In this document: one piece after another, positions 1 through 12,236 of the stretch | How the letters are laid out: every line of letters begins with the position of its first letter | Position numbering within the stretch: position 1 is the stretch's first letter | NCBI RefSeq assembly: GCF_046119375.1 | Contig: NW_027362772.1 | Coordinates: 202,430,001-202,494,000 of the forward strand | Reading direction: 5' to 3' | DNA: 64,000 nt | From: Phyllobates terribilis | Lineage: Eukaryota | Notes under the pieces: model-generated | The model's input: only the letters and a program-made list of their open reading frames with translations | What the model was told of the DNA's origin: nothing | Database searches by the model: none | Translations under genes and position numbers: made by a program

Positions 1-326
1 TTAGGGTGAGATCATGATTCTATTTCCAGATCAGCATTCAATGTATATAATTTATGTGTATACAGTATGAATGAATGAATGAATGAATGAAGGTGTATCA
101 TTTTATAGAAGTGATATTTATTTTTACCCCAGTGGGACCTAACTTTGCTTTAGTAATGGCATACACATATCTGTATTAGTTTTATTGTCCTACAGAATAT
201 ATTTAGTTTTTTCAACAGTCATTTACAGTATATTTATAAGAAAGTAGAGTAACACCTATATCTATCAGATTTTATCAACCCTTCTGAGATCCCAAAACAG
301 CATTTGTGCATTGTAATGTAAAGATA

Positions 327-1889
327 CAGTGGGGAAAATAAGTATTTGATACACTGCCACTTTAGCAAATTTTCCTACCTACAAGGAATGGAGAGGTCTG
401 TAATTTTTATTGTAGGTACACTTCAACTGTGAGAGACAGAATCTTAAAAAAAATAATCCAGAAAATCGCGTTGTATGATTTTTACATAGCTAATTTACAT
501 TTTATTGCATGAAATAAGTGTTTGATACAATAGAAAAACAGAACTTAATATTTGGTACAAAAACCTTTGTTTGCAATTACAGAGGTCAGACATTTTCTGT
601 AGTTCTTGACTAGGTTTGCACACACTGCAGCAGGGATTTTGGCCCACTCCTCCATACAGATCTTTTCCAGATCTTTCAGGTCGTAGGGCTGTCTCTGGAC
701 GACATTGATTTTCAGTTCCCTCCAAAGATTTTCTCTTAGGTTCAGATCTGGAGACTGGCTAGGCCACTCTAGGACCTTGAAATGCTTATTACTGAGCCAC
801 TCCTTAGTTGCCCTGGCTGTGTGTTTCGGGTCATTGTCATGCTGGAAGACACAGCCATGACCCATCTTCAATGCTTTTCTTGAGGGAAGAAGGTTGTTGG
901 CCAAAATCTCCCGATACATGACCCCATCATTCCTCCTTTCAATACAGTGCAATCATCCTGTCCCCTTTGCAGAAAAGCGCCCCCAAAGTATGATGTTTCC
1001 CCCACCATGCTACACGGTTGGGATGGTGTTCTTGGTGTTGTACTCATCCTTCTTTCTCCAAACACGGCGAGTGGAGCCGATACCAAAAAGTTCTATTTTG
1101 GTCTCATTTGACCACATGACCTTCTCCCATGCCTCCAATGGATCATCCAGATGGTCATTGGCGAACTTAAAATGATCCTGGACATGTGCTGGCTTGAGCA
1201 GAGGGTCCTTGCTTGGCCCTGGAGGATTTTAATCCATGAAGGTGTAGTGTGTTACTAATGGTAATGTTTGAGACTGTGGTACCTGCTCTCTTCAGGTCAT
1301 TGCCCAGGCCCTCTGGGCTGATTCTCGACGTTTCTCGGAATAATCCTTCCCCCATGAGGCGAGATCTTGCATGTTGCCCCAGACAGAGGAAAGTAGAGTT
1401 TCTTCCATTTTCTAATAATTGTGCCAAGCTACTTGCCTATTGTTCTGTAGCCCATCCCAGAATTGTGCAGGTCTACAACTTTGTCCCTGGTGTCCTTAGA
1501 CAGCTCTTTGGTCTTGGCCATGGTGGAGAGGTTGGAGTGTGATTGATTGAGTGTGTGCACAGGTGTCTTTTATACAAGTAACAAGTTCAAACAGGTGCAC
1601 TTAATACAGGTAATGAGTGCAGAGTAGGAGGGCTTCTTAAAGAAAAACTAACAGGTCTGTGAGAGCCAGAATTATTGCTTGTTGGTAGATGATCAAATAC
1701 TTATTTCATGCAATAAAATGCAATTTAATTATTTAAAAATCATACAATGTGATTTTCTGGTTTTTATTTTTAGATTCTGTCTCTCACAGTTGAAGTGTAC
1801 CTACGATAAAAATTACAGACCTCTCCATTCTTTGTAGGTGGGAAAACTTGCAAAATTGTCAGTGTATCAAATACTTAATTTCCCCACTG
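327..1889 (-). mobile_element. Tc1/mariner DNA transposon (DD34E), degraded transposase
   Basis: TA-flanked TIRs CAGTGGGGAAAATAAGTATTTGATACACTG at 327 and reverse complement ending 1889. Minus-strand transposase remnants (ORF 545-952: FQHDNDPKH...[12 protein letters not shown], 34 residues between D and E). The 5' half is frameshifted or deleted. Confidence 0.93.
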
Positions 1890-4209
1890 TATATCCCAAA
1901 TATCCATTCTTATTTTTTCATAAGAAGACATCTTTGCCATTACCAAGGCTGTGGTAACTAAGTGATGATTCTTACAAGAAATAAGTTTAAAGCACTGTTT
2001 ATTTACCAAAATTTGGGGTATTTGTATCAATATTTAAAAGCTCCCTTGTTATAACATCAAATAGGATCCAATCCTGTAAAGGACAAGTATGGCGTGCAGA
2101 ATACAGGCAGCTTCAAGCCGTAGCTGTCATGAGCTTCTACCCACCATTCATTTCTACTGGGATTAGCTTGTCTGTCACATCTTTAATGATGTATGACATT
2201 TGTATTTGTTATCCTCACTAACAAGAACTAGTAGATTAATGTTTTATATATTTCTTGCATTTTTAATGAGCAGATCCACTGAAATTTTGGAAATTCTAAT
2301 TGCTGGCAAATCCGTGCATTCAACCATTAACACAATGACAAATCGTAGATCCTCACATGCTTATAGGCAACTGTTGTGACATCATGACAGCAGAGTACAA
2401 CCTAAAATAACATTACACACATGTACTTTCAAATTCAAAACCGGGTAATTTTTTGTTTTTTTACCAATGACTTAAACAAATAAAATATGCAATTGCCATC
2501 TCATCTACCCTGCTGCTGCCGTATTGACTCTCCCCAGGTCCCCTGCAGTTTTTACTTCCTTATTCCATGTCAAAATACAAATTAAGAGTCCACTGTTGTT
2601 GATATCTTGTAGAGGATTTCTGAAAAGGTGATGACAAATATCAAACGTTTCAGCCTACCTAGGCGTCTTCATCATAATGTGGTTTCATCTATGTTGGACT
2701 CTGAGTTTTATTTTTTATTTACTGGACACCATGGTACGAAGATATATTTTTCCTGGCTCCATGTCGATACATACAGTTTCCATCTCTCGCCTTCTTCCAC
2801 TTTGCTTACATCTGGCCTGAGCTGATAACAGCTGATCAGTGGGGATACCGGGTGTCAGACTCCCACCGATATGATACTTTTGACCTGTACTAAGTATATC
2901 ATAGTAGTGGACAACCCCTTTAATTCTGTATGCCAATCAGAATATTCTCAAAATGAAATGAAGGGCAGTACCTTATTGTAGTGACAATCGTGTCAGTAAC
3001 TCACCTAGGTGAGCTCACACAGTAGAAACAGGTTATAAAGGGAATCTGTCACCAGGTTTTTGCTACCTAATCTGAGAGCAGCATGATGTAGTGTCAGAGA
3101 CCCTAATTCCAGTGACCTTTCACTTAGTTTACTGGGTGCAGCGGCTGTGACACAATCAGAGTTTTTAGATGTAGCAGAGCTCAGAAAGCTGTCCCACCCA
3201 CACCACAGCTTTCTATGTACATTGTCTATTGACAGTGAACTGCTAATCAGAGGAGGGGGGTTGTTGGACCACTTGGCATGAGGAAGCTAGTCCGCACATT
3301 TCACCATTCACATTGCAAGAGGTGAAAATTGCACTAACATCCGCAACAAAGATTGGCAAATTGCTAATCTCAGACCTGCAGATCTTGTCAATTGATGTTG
3401 CTGATATCTTTTCTAGCATGTGCTTGAGATTTCTTAAAATGTCTTGCACTATGCTGGCACTGTCAAATGCGACAGACTTTTTGCTGTGTATTCACAGCCT
3501 TACTTTTATATGAGGTGTCGATAATAATAATAGGATGTTAATTGCGTTGTATAAACCTGACAAAACAGAGCAGCATCACAAAAATATGAGCAGTCATAAA
3601 ATAAATATGAGCAAAAGATATGGTTTTTATCAATACATAGAATTCAAAGATACAATTGGACATGATTAAAATCTGCTAAAAGCAAAAGAAGCTGAAGGTA
3701 AAAATACATGTTTAGGAAGAGTGAATTATCGAATATATATTTTAAAATCCAAATAAAACTAAAGCGCAACATTGAATCATGTATAAAAAAGACAAAACCC
3801 AAGACAGAATCAAAATGAACAATTTGTTAATTGTGTTTCTGCCTTGGGTTTTGTCTGTGTGATGGCCAGTGTGAACATGCTCCTATTTTGCATGCATACA
3901 AACTTGTACTCCAGTTCCTTTTTTTCTGTGTAATTGAATAACGTATGTCATTACAGCCAACAGGTGTTGGCACAATAATAAACTATAATGTTCAAGCAGA
4001 AAAAGTGCAAGAGCAACAATAACAATTATAAATAGTTAATTCATGAATAAATACAATTAAAATAGATTACTCACCAAGCTGAGACATAGGAAAACAGCAC
4101 AAAACCCACACCACCACTCCAACCACGACGCATGTTTCACGGTCAGTTCTCTTAAACAGTTGTGAGATTAGGAACCTGATTAAGAAGCACTCCCATGAAT
4201 ATCTTTTTC

Positions 4210-4601
4210 ATTAAATCTGTGTATTTGTACATGTAATGTAGTGTGTATGTATTAATATACTCGCCTACCACCACCTTCTCCGGGATCCAGCGCCGCTCTT
4301 CAGACTCTCTGGCTCACTTTATGCTCAATGCGTAAGCCGGAAGTGTATTTTACAATGTAAGTCTATGGCGCCTTATTCTGACACTCCATACACTTATATT
4401 GTAAAAGCCACTTTTGGGTCACGCAGAGTGCAGTGTGACCCTGTGAGTCTATGAAGCAGTGACGTCACTGAAAAGATGAGAAGAACGGTGTTGGATCCTG
4501 GAGAAAGTGGTGATAGGCGAATATATTAATACATTCACTCCACACACCATACACATATACACACATTTAATGAAAAAAATTTCATGGGAGGGCGTCTTTA
4601 A
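4210..4601. mobile_element. Palindromic MITE, probably Kolobok/T2-type
   Basis: Inverted arms ~4240-4300 versus ~4480-4540. Right end GGGAGGGCGTCTTTAA ends in TTAA. Left end is not clearly resolved. Confidence 0.45.
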
Positions 4602-6450
4602 TTGTCTTTGGGCAAAATGTTATTTATTTATTTTTTTTAATTGAAGCTTTTTCCCATTAAATTGATACACACACACTACTTTAGCAGTATCATAATAGAA
4701 CACAGCTTACAAATGCAAACACATATACATTCCCTCTGTTATAGCAAAATAGTATTACATTGCTTCCTAAAATGTGCACAAAACGTATAATAACATTGGC
4801 ACAATAAACCACAGATTATATCAATATTTACATACACACACCAAAGTTATTGTGACATCACCACACCAGGAACCAACTGCCAAACAGTTGTTATTGTGAA
4901 TACCATCCATACTGTATAGCTTATAGAAAAACGCAGCTTTTAATAAAATATAAATCAGCTCCTAAAGCATTTACAAAATAGAACACGACTTTTAATGAAC
5001 CTCTTACGTGATCAGCAATAGTACGTCGCACTGGCCTGGGCCTATAGGACCAGCTATGTACTATTATGCATCACAGGATCATGTCCACATACAAGCGGTG
5101 CGGGGCGATCGCCGCCGGGTGTCAGTTGATTGTCACAGTTGACACCCGATGCTATGTGCAAAGAGCGGTCCTGTACCGCTCCCAGAACATTAACCCCCGA
5201 AATGCTACGATCAAAGTCGATCGCAGCATTCCGAGAGCAAGGGGAGGTAAGCACCACTTACTTACCTCCTCTCCGGCACCCCTCGCTGTCTGTGCCGGAT
5301 CCAGGAACTTGTCATGATGAACCGATGTCGTCATGACGACATCCGGGTCACCAGGCAGCAGAAAATTACTTTGATCATGCGCAGTGTGGGATCAAAGTAA
5401 CTTCTGCATGCAGGCTGACAGCCTGTATAGCATAGAGATGCTGCTGCATCTCTATGCTATACAAGCAATCAGCCTGCAAAAAGTGAGAGTCCCATAGTGG
5501 GACAAAGTGTAAAAGTAAGAAAAAGTATCAGAAAGTGAAAAAAATGAATAAAAAATTGTAAAAATATAAAAAAAAAATAAAAAAAAAATCCCCCCAAAAT
5601 AAAAATATACTGTACCTATAAATAAATATTATTATAAAAGACCCAAAAAACAATAAAGGTACACATATTTGGTATCGCCGCGTCCAGAACGACCTGACCT
5701 ATAAAACTGTCCCACTAGCTAACCCCTTTAGTGAACACGGTTAAAAAAAAAAAAAAACTAAAGCAAAAAACTATGTTTTATCATCATACAGCCAAACAAA
5801 AAATGGAATAAAATGTGATCAAAAAGACGAATGTAAATAAAAATGGTACCACTGAAAATGTCATCTTGTCTTGCAAAAAACAATCCACCATACAGCTCCA
5901 TCAGCCAAAAATAAGAAAGTTATAGCTCTCAGAATAAAGCGATACCAAAAATTTTTTTCTCTATAATATGAATTTCATTGTGTAAAAGCGCCAAAACATA
6001 AAAAACAATATAAATGTGGTACCGCTGTAAATGTACTGACCCGAAGAATAAAGCTGCCTTATCAATTTTACCACACGCGAAACAGTATTACAAAAAAACA
6101 AAAAACAATTCCTGAATTGTTGGTTTCTGTTTGTTCTGCCTCCCAAAAATCAGAATAGAAAGCGATCAAAAATTGTCACGTGCCTGAAAATGGTACCAAT
6201 AAAAACGTCAACTTGTCCCACAAAAACAAGCCCTCACATGACTCTGTTGGCCGAAATATGGAATAATTATAGCTCTTAAAATATGGCGATGCCAAAACTA
6301 GTCTTTGCAAAAAGAAGGGTTTTTTAGTGTGTGACAGTTGTCAATCATAAAAACCCGATATGATTCTGGTATCGCTGCAATCGCACCGACCCGAAGAATA
6401 AAGTTGTCTAATCATTTATATCGCATGAGAAAAGGCCTAAAAAATAAACT

Positions 6451-6722
6451 CTAGGGTTAGGGTTGTGTTAGGGTTAAGGTTGTGCTAGGGTTAGGGTTGT
6501 GTTAGGGTTAGGGTTGTGCTAGGGTTAGGGTTGTGCTAGGGTTAGAGTTGGGCTAGGGTTAGGGTTGGGCTAGGGTTAGGGTTGTGATAGGGTTAGGTTT
6601 TTGTTAGGGTTAGGGTTGGGCTAGGATTAGGGTTGTGCTAGGGTTAGGGTTCTTCAAGGGTTAGGGTTGTGTTAGGGTTAGGGTTGTGCTAGGGTTAGGG
6701 TTGTATTAGGGTTGGGGTTGGG
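6451..6722 (+). repeat. Telomere-like minisatellite with a 17-nt unit (YTAGGG TTAGGG TTGTG), about 16 copies
   Basis: Read directly: ctagggttagggttgtg / ttagggttaaggttgtg / ctagggttagggttgtg and so on. G-rich strand on plus. Confidence 0.95.
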
Positions 6723-6767
6723 ATTTTTTCAATAGTAAAGAAAACAAAATGACGACAATATGGCGAC

Positions 6768-7078
6768 TAGTGTTGAGCGCAAGTGCTCGCTACTTGAGTT
6801 TGCATTGGGTGCTTGGGTATGCACTGAGTATCGCGGGTGCTCAAGTGACATGCTTGAGTCTCCGCCCCATATGTTTTGCAGCTGTTATACAACCAAAACA
6901 TCCTCATGAGGACTGCCTGCCATGCACGAGCAATCCCCGCATGTTTTTTTTAGGTGTCTAATAACCGTGAAACATGCGGGGTGGGGACTCGAGCATGTCA
7001 CTTGAGCACCAGCAATACTTGGTGCATACCCGAGTACCCAATGCAAACTCAAGTAGCGAGCACTTGCGCTCAAGGCTA
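6768..7078. mobile_element. hAT-type MITE (near-perfect palindrome)
   Basis: Ends TAGTGTTGAGCGCAAGTGCTCGCTAC ... GTAGCGAGCACTTGCGCTCAAGGCTA with long inverted arms. Flanks ATGGCGAC / ATGACAAC (6/8) fit a diverged 8-bp TSD. Confidence 0.8.
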
Positions 7079-7541
7079 ATGACAACTTATTCAATATAAT
7101 GACCTAATGTTATCAAATTCTGTGTAGTACCTCTGCGTTCAAAATGTTCACTATACCCCTTGATAAAATCCTTGAGGGGTGTAGTTTTCAAAATGGGGTC
7201 ACTTGTAGGGTGTTTCCACTGTTTAGGCACATCAGGGGCTCTCCAAACACAACATGGCGTCCGCTAATTATTAAAGCAAATTTTACATTCAAAAAGTCAA
7301 ATGGCGCTACTTCCCTTCCAAGCCCTGCCGTGCGTCCAAACAGTGGTTATCCCCCACATATGGGGTATCGGCGTGCTCAGGAGAAATCACACAACAAATT
7401 GCATTGTGCAATGGTTTTGTAAATTTTGTTGGAAAAATTAGAAAATCGCTGGTCAACTTTTAACCCTTTTGCTTCCAAAATTGTTCTGATGTAAAGTAGA
7501 CATGTGGGAAATGTTATTTACTAACTATTATGTTTGACATA

Positions 7542-9172
7542 CAGTACAGACCAAAAGTTTGGACACACCTTCTCATTTAAAGATTTTTCGGTATTTTCAT
7601 GACTATGAAAATTGTACATTCACACTGAAAGCATCAAAACTATGAATTAACACATGTGGAATTATATACTTAACAAAAATGTGTGAAACAACTGAAAATA
7701 TGTCTTATATTCTAGGTTCTTCAAAGTAGCCACCTTTTGCTTTGATGACTGCTGTGCACACTCTTGGAATTCTCTTGATGAGTTTCAAGAGGTAGTCACC
7801 GGAAATGGTTTTCACTTCACAGGTGTGCCCTGTCAGGATTTAATAAGTGGGATTTCTTGCCTTATAAATGGGGTTGGGTCCATCAGTTGTGTTGTGCAGA
7901 AGTCTGGTGGATACACAGCTGATAGTCCTACTGAATAGACTGTTAGAATTTGTATTATGGCAAGAAAAAAGCAAGTAAGTAAAGAAAAACGAGTGGCCAT
8001 CATTACTTTAAGAAATGACGGTCCGTCAGTCCGAAAAATTGAGCAAACTTTGAAAGTATCCCCAAGTGCAGTTGCAAAAACCATCAAGCGCTACAAAGAA
8101 ACTGGCTCACATGAGGACCGCCCCAGGAAAGGAAGACCTAGAGTCACCTCTGCTTCTGAGGATAAGTTTATCCGAGTGACTAGCCTCAGAAATCGCAGGT
8201 TAACAGCAGCTCAGATTAGAGACCAGGTCAATGCCACACAGAGTTCTAGCTGCAGACACATATCTACAACAACTGTTAAGAGGAGACTTTGTGCAGCAGG
8301 CCTTCATGGTAAAATAGCTGCTAGGAAACCACTGCTAAGGACAGGCAACAAGCAGAAGAGACTTGTTTGGGCTAAAGAACACAAGGAATGGACATTAGAC
8401 CAGTGGAAATCTGTGCTTTGGTCTGATAAGTCCAAATTTAAGATCTTTGGTTCCAACCACCGTGTCTTTGTGCGACGCAGAAAAGGTGAACGGATGGACT
8501 CTACATGCCTGGTTCCCACCATGAAGCATGGAGGAGGAGGTGTGATGGTGTGAGGGTGCTTTGCTGGTGACACTGTTGGGGATTTATTCAAAGTTGAAGG
8601 CATACTGAACCTGCATGGCTACCACAGCATCTTGCAGCGGCATGCTATTCCATCCGGTTTGCGTTTAGTTGGACCATCATTTATTTTTCAACAGGACAAT
8701 GACCCCAAACACACCTCCAGCCTGTGTAAGGGCTATTTGACAAAGAAGGAGAGTGATGGGGTGCTATGCCAGATGACCTGGCCTCCACAGTCACCAGACC
8801 TGAACCCAATTGAGATGGTTTGGGGTGAGCTGGACTGCAGAGTGAAGGCAAAAGGGCCAACAAGTGCTAAGCATCTCTGGGAACTCCTTCAAGATTGCTG
8901 GAAGACCATTTCCGGTGACTACCTCTTGAAGCTCATCAAGAGAATGCCAAGAGCGTGCAAAGCAGTCATCAAAGCAAAAGGTGGCTACTTTGAAGAACCT
9001 AGAATATAAGACATATTTTCACTTGTTTCACACTTTTTTGTTAAGTATATAATTCCACATGTGTTAATTTATAGTTTTGATGCCTTCAGTGTGAATGTAC
9101 AATTTTCATAGTCATGAAAATACAGAAAAATCTTTAAATGAGAAGGTGTGTCTAAACTTTTGGTCTGTACTG
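7542..9172 (+). mobile_element. Tc1-superfamily DD38E (Intruder-type) transposon, copy 1
   Basis: TA TSD. 268-bp TIRs (7542-7809 and 8905-9172). Transposase frame 7957-9009 (350 codons) with one in-frame TGA at 8551-8553. WSD...QQDNDPKH-(38 aa from D)-NPIE. Confidence 0.95.
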
Positions 9173-10013
9173 TATCTCTCTGATTTAAGGGCATGAAAAT
9201 TCAAAGTTTGAAAATTGCTAATTTCCGTCAAATTTTCAATTTTTTTCACAAATAAACGCAGCTCAAATCGAAGAAATTTTACCACTATCATGAAGTACAA
9301 TATGTCACGAAAAAACAGTTTCAGAATCAGTGGGATCAGTTGAAGCGTTCCAGAGTAATTACTTCATAAAGTGACAGTGGTCAGAATTGTAAAAATTGGC
9401 CTTGTCATTAATGTGCAAACCACCCTCGGGGGTAAAGGGGTTAAAAACACAAGATAGTAGCATTAACATTATAAAAACGGCATATAACAAAACAGTAACA
9501 CAATACACATTCTAAAAATAAACTATACACTAAATATACCTCTTTGAACATTTTTCTTCAATCACACTGCTGTCCATCCAAGCAGCTATAGCGTTTCATC
9601 ATTTTGTGTTACATAACGCACTTGAAAAAAAAGAAAAAGAAAGAGTAAGCGCTAAAGAGATTGGAAAAGGGATAAGTCCAATTGAACGAAAACCTCACCA
9701 AAGTAGGCGTCTAAACTCTAATGGGTGGGAAACAGTCGTGTAGCCCTAGTACAGGTAACAATTGTCTGAGGTGCCTGGGGATAAGATATAGAGCTAAAAA
9801 ATTGCCTAAGGTAAATGTATGGCTTAATTAGGCACTGGACCTACTAATAGTAAAATTGGATGGATTTAATAAGATATAAAATACATATTATATAAAACAT
9901 AATTCTAAAAATATCTCAAGAATGATATTAAAAACTACCTTTAGTTTCTTATATCTAGTGCTGCCTAGCGTTTTCAAAATCATTCTTGTCATATCCATAT
10001 ATATATATATATA

Positions 10014-11643
10014 CAGTACAGACCAAAAGTTTGGACACACCTTCTCATTTAAAGATTTTTCTGTATTTTCATGACTATGAAAATTGTACATTCACACTGA
10101 AGGCATCAAAACTATGAATTAACACATGTGGAATTATATACTTAATAAAAAAGTGTGAAACAACTGAAAATATGTCTTATATTCTAGGTTCTTCAAAGTA
10201 GCCACCTTTTGCTTTGATGACTGCTTTGCACACTCTTGGCATTCTCTTGATGAGCTTCAAGAGGTAGTCACCGGAAATGGTCTTCCAACAATCTTGAAGG
10301 AGTTCCCAGAGATGCTTAGCACTTGTTGGCCCTTTTGCCTTCACTCTGCGGTCCAGCTCACCCCAAACCATCTCGATTGGGTTCTTGTCTGGTGACTGTG
10401 GAGGCCAGGTCATCTTGCGTAGCACCCCATCACTCTCCTTCTTGGTCAAATAGCCCTAACACAGCCTGGAGGTGTGTTTGGGGTCATTGTCCTGTTGAAA
10501 AAGAAATGATGGTCTAACTAATTGCAAACCGGATGGAATAGCATGCCGCTGCAAGATGCTCTGGTAGCCATGCTGGTTCAGTATGCCTTCAATATTGAAT
10601 AAATCCCCAACAGTGTCACCATCAAAGCACCCCCACACCATCACACCTCCTCCTCCATGCTTCACGGTGGGAACCAGGCATGTAGAGTCCAACCGTTCAC
10701 CTTTTCTGCATCGCACAAAGACACGGTGGTTGGAACCAAAGATCTCAAATTTGGACTCATCAGACCAAAGCACAGATTTCCACTGGTGTAATATCCATTC
10801 CTTGTGTTCTTTAGCCCAAACTTGTCTCTTCTGCTTGTTGCCTGTCCTTAGCAGTGGTTTCCTAGCAGCTATTTTACCATGTAGGCATGCTGCACAAAGT
10901 CTCCTCTTAACAGTTGCTGTAGAGATGTGTCTGCTGCTAGAACTCTGTGTGGCATTGACCTGGTCTCTAATATGAGCTGCTGTTAACCTGCGATTTCTGA
11001 GGCTGGTGACTCGGATAAACTTATCCTCAGAAGCAGAGGTGACTCTTGGTCTTCCTTTCCTGGGGCGGTCCTCATGTGAGCCAGTTTCTTTGTAGCGCTT
11101 GATGGTTTTTGCAACTGCACTTGGGGACACTTTCAAAGTTTGCCCAATTTTTCAGACTGACTGACCTTCATTTCTTAAAGTAATGATGGCCACTCGTTTT
11201 TCTTTACTTAGCTGCTTTTTTCTTGCCATAATACAAATTCTAATAGTCTATTCAGTAGGAGTATCAGCTGTGCATCCACCTGACTTCTGCACAACACAAC
11301 TGATGGTCCCAACTCCATTTTTAAGGCAAGAAATCCCACTTATTAAACCTGACAGGGCACACCTGTGAAGTGAAAACCATTTCTGGTGACTACCTCTTGA
11401 AGTTCATCAAGAGAATGCCAAGAGTGTGCAAAGCAGTCATCAAAGCAAAAGGTGGCTACATTGAAGAACCTAGAATATAAGACATATTTTCAGTAGTTTC
11501 ACACTTTATTGTTAAGTATATAATTCTACATGTGTTTATTCATAGTTTTGATGCCTTCAGTGTGAATGTACAATTTTCATAGTCATGAAAGTACAGAAAA
11601 ATCTTTAAATGAGAAGATGTGTCCAAACTTTTGGTCTGTACTG
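10014..11643 (-). mobile_element. Tc1-superfamily DD38E (Intruder-type) transposon, copy 2
   Basis: Same TIR CAGTACAGACCAAAAGTTTGGACAC, TA TSD. Transposase 11229 to 10177 on minus with two in-frame stops (TGA near 11152, TAG 10456-10458). Confidence 0.95.
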
Positions 11644-11771
11644 TATATAAATAGATTTTAAATAGTAAAAATACATAAGCTGTATATTAAATAGTTTAAA
11701 ATTAAAATAAAAAGGGGGTTATGTAAGTGAAATAACAAAGGTGAAATAAGGAATAACAATACAGGAGGGGG

Positions 11772-11927
11772 NNNNNNNNNNNNNNNNNNNNNNNNNNNNN
11801 NNNNNNNNNNNNNNNNNNNNNNNNNNNNNNNNNNNNNNNNNNNNNNNNNNNNNNNNNNNNNNNNNNNNNNNNNNNNNNNNNNNNNNNNNNNNNNNNNNNN
11901 NNNNNNNNNNNNNNNNNNNNNNNNNNN
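11772..11927. other. Assembly gap (156 N)
   Basis: Run of N characters 107 bp upstream of the first visible NHERF4 exon. Confidence 1.
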
Positions 11928-12034
11928 ATTCCCCATAGGCGATTTATTAGCTCCATATCATTTTATGGTGTTATTCTGCTTGTGCTATGATTCAGTGAAG
12001 TTACTTTTCTTGAATGTATTTTATTTATCATTAG

Positions 12035-12236
12035 GTGGTCCAGAAGGTGAAAGCTAGTGGTCCCCGCTTGTCACTAACAGTTCTTGATGAGCCCAGCTAT
12101 GAAAAATTGCATGCTGATAAAATCTCACCATTATCCCTCCTTACTAATACTATCCCGGAGTCATGTCCCAGACCAAAACTGTGTCTAGTACGGAATGAGG
12201 GAAAAGGCTTTGGGTTCACTGCCAGTGCTACAGGTG
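12035..12236 (+). CDS. NHERF4: NHERF4/PDZD3 internal exon: end of PDZ1, linker, start of PDZ2
   Basis: ttag|GTG acceptor, G|gtaagc donor, 202 nt, phase 0 to 1. VVQKVKASGPRLSLTVLDEPSYEK...RPKLCLVRNEGKGFGF contains the PDZ R-x-C...GFGF loop. Confidence 0.9.

Larger units (their letters stand above)
4996..9440. mobile_element. Non-autonomous piggyBac-like element hosting a telomere-like array, an hAT MITE and an Intruder Tc1
   Basis: Right end ...GGTAAAGGGG|TTAA (9440). Degenerate left end TTAA-TGAACCTCTTACG near 4996. No transposase ORF. CCC/GGG-type ends with TTAA are typical of piggyBac. The left boundary is inferred. Confidence 0.45.

Noticed and set aside
3243-3449. Minus ORF with LPIFVADVS, possibly a LINE ORF1 fragment
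   Set aside because: Short, with a weak motif and no linked ORF2 or tail. Cannot be supported as a feature.
3791-3855. 19-bp-stem hairpin as a miRNA or terminator
   Set aside because: Isolated small inverted repeat in repeat-derived AT-rich sequence, with no supporting context.
4120-4165. Third hammerhead-like motif on the minus strand (…GTGAAACATGCGTC…)
   Set aside because: The CUGANGA core is destroyed (CTGTTTAAGAG) and stem II does not pair. At most an old Penelope relic.
8304-8603. Recurring antisense ORFs such as MPS...PPPCFMVGTRH (also 10583-10975, 18419-18718)
   Set aside because: They are the reverse-strand shadows of the Tc1 transposase frame and recur only because the element is repeated.
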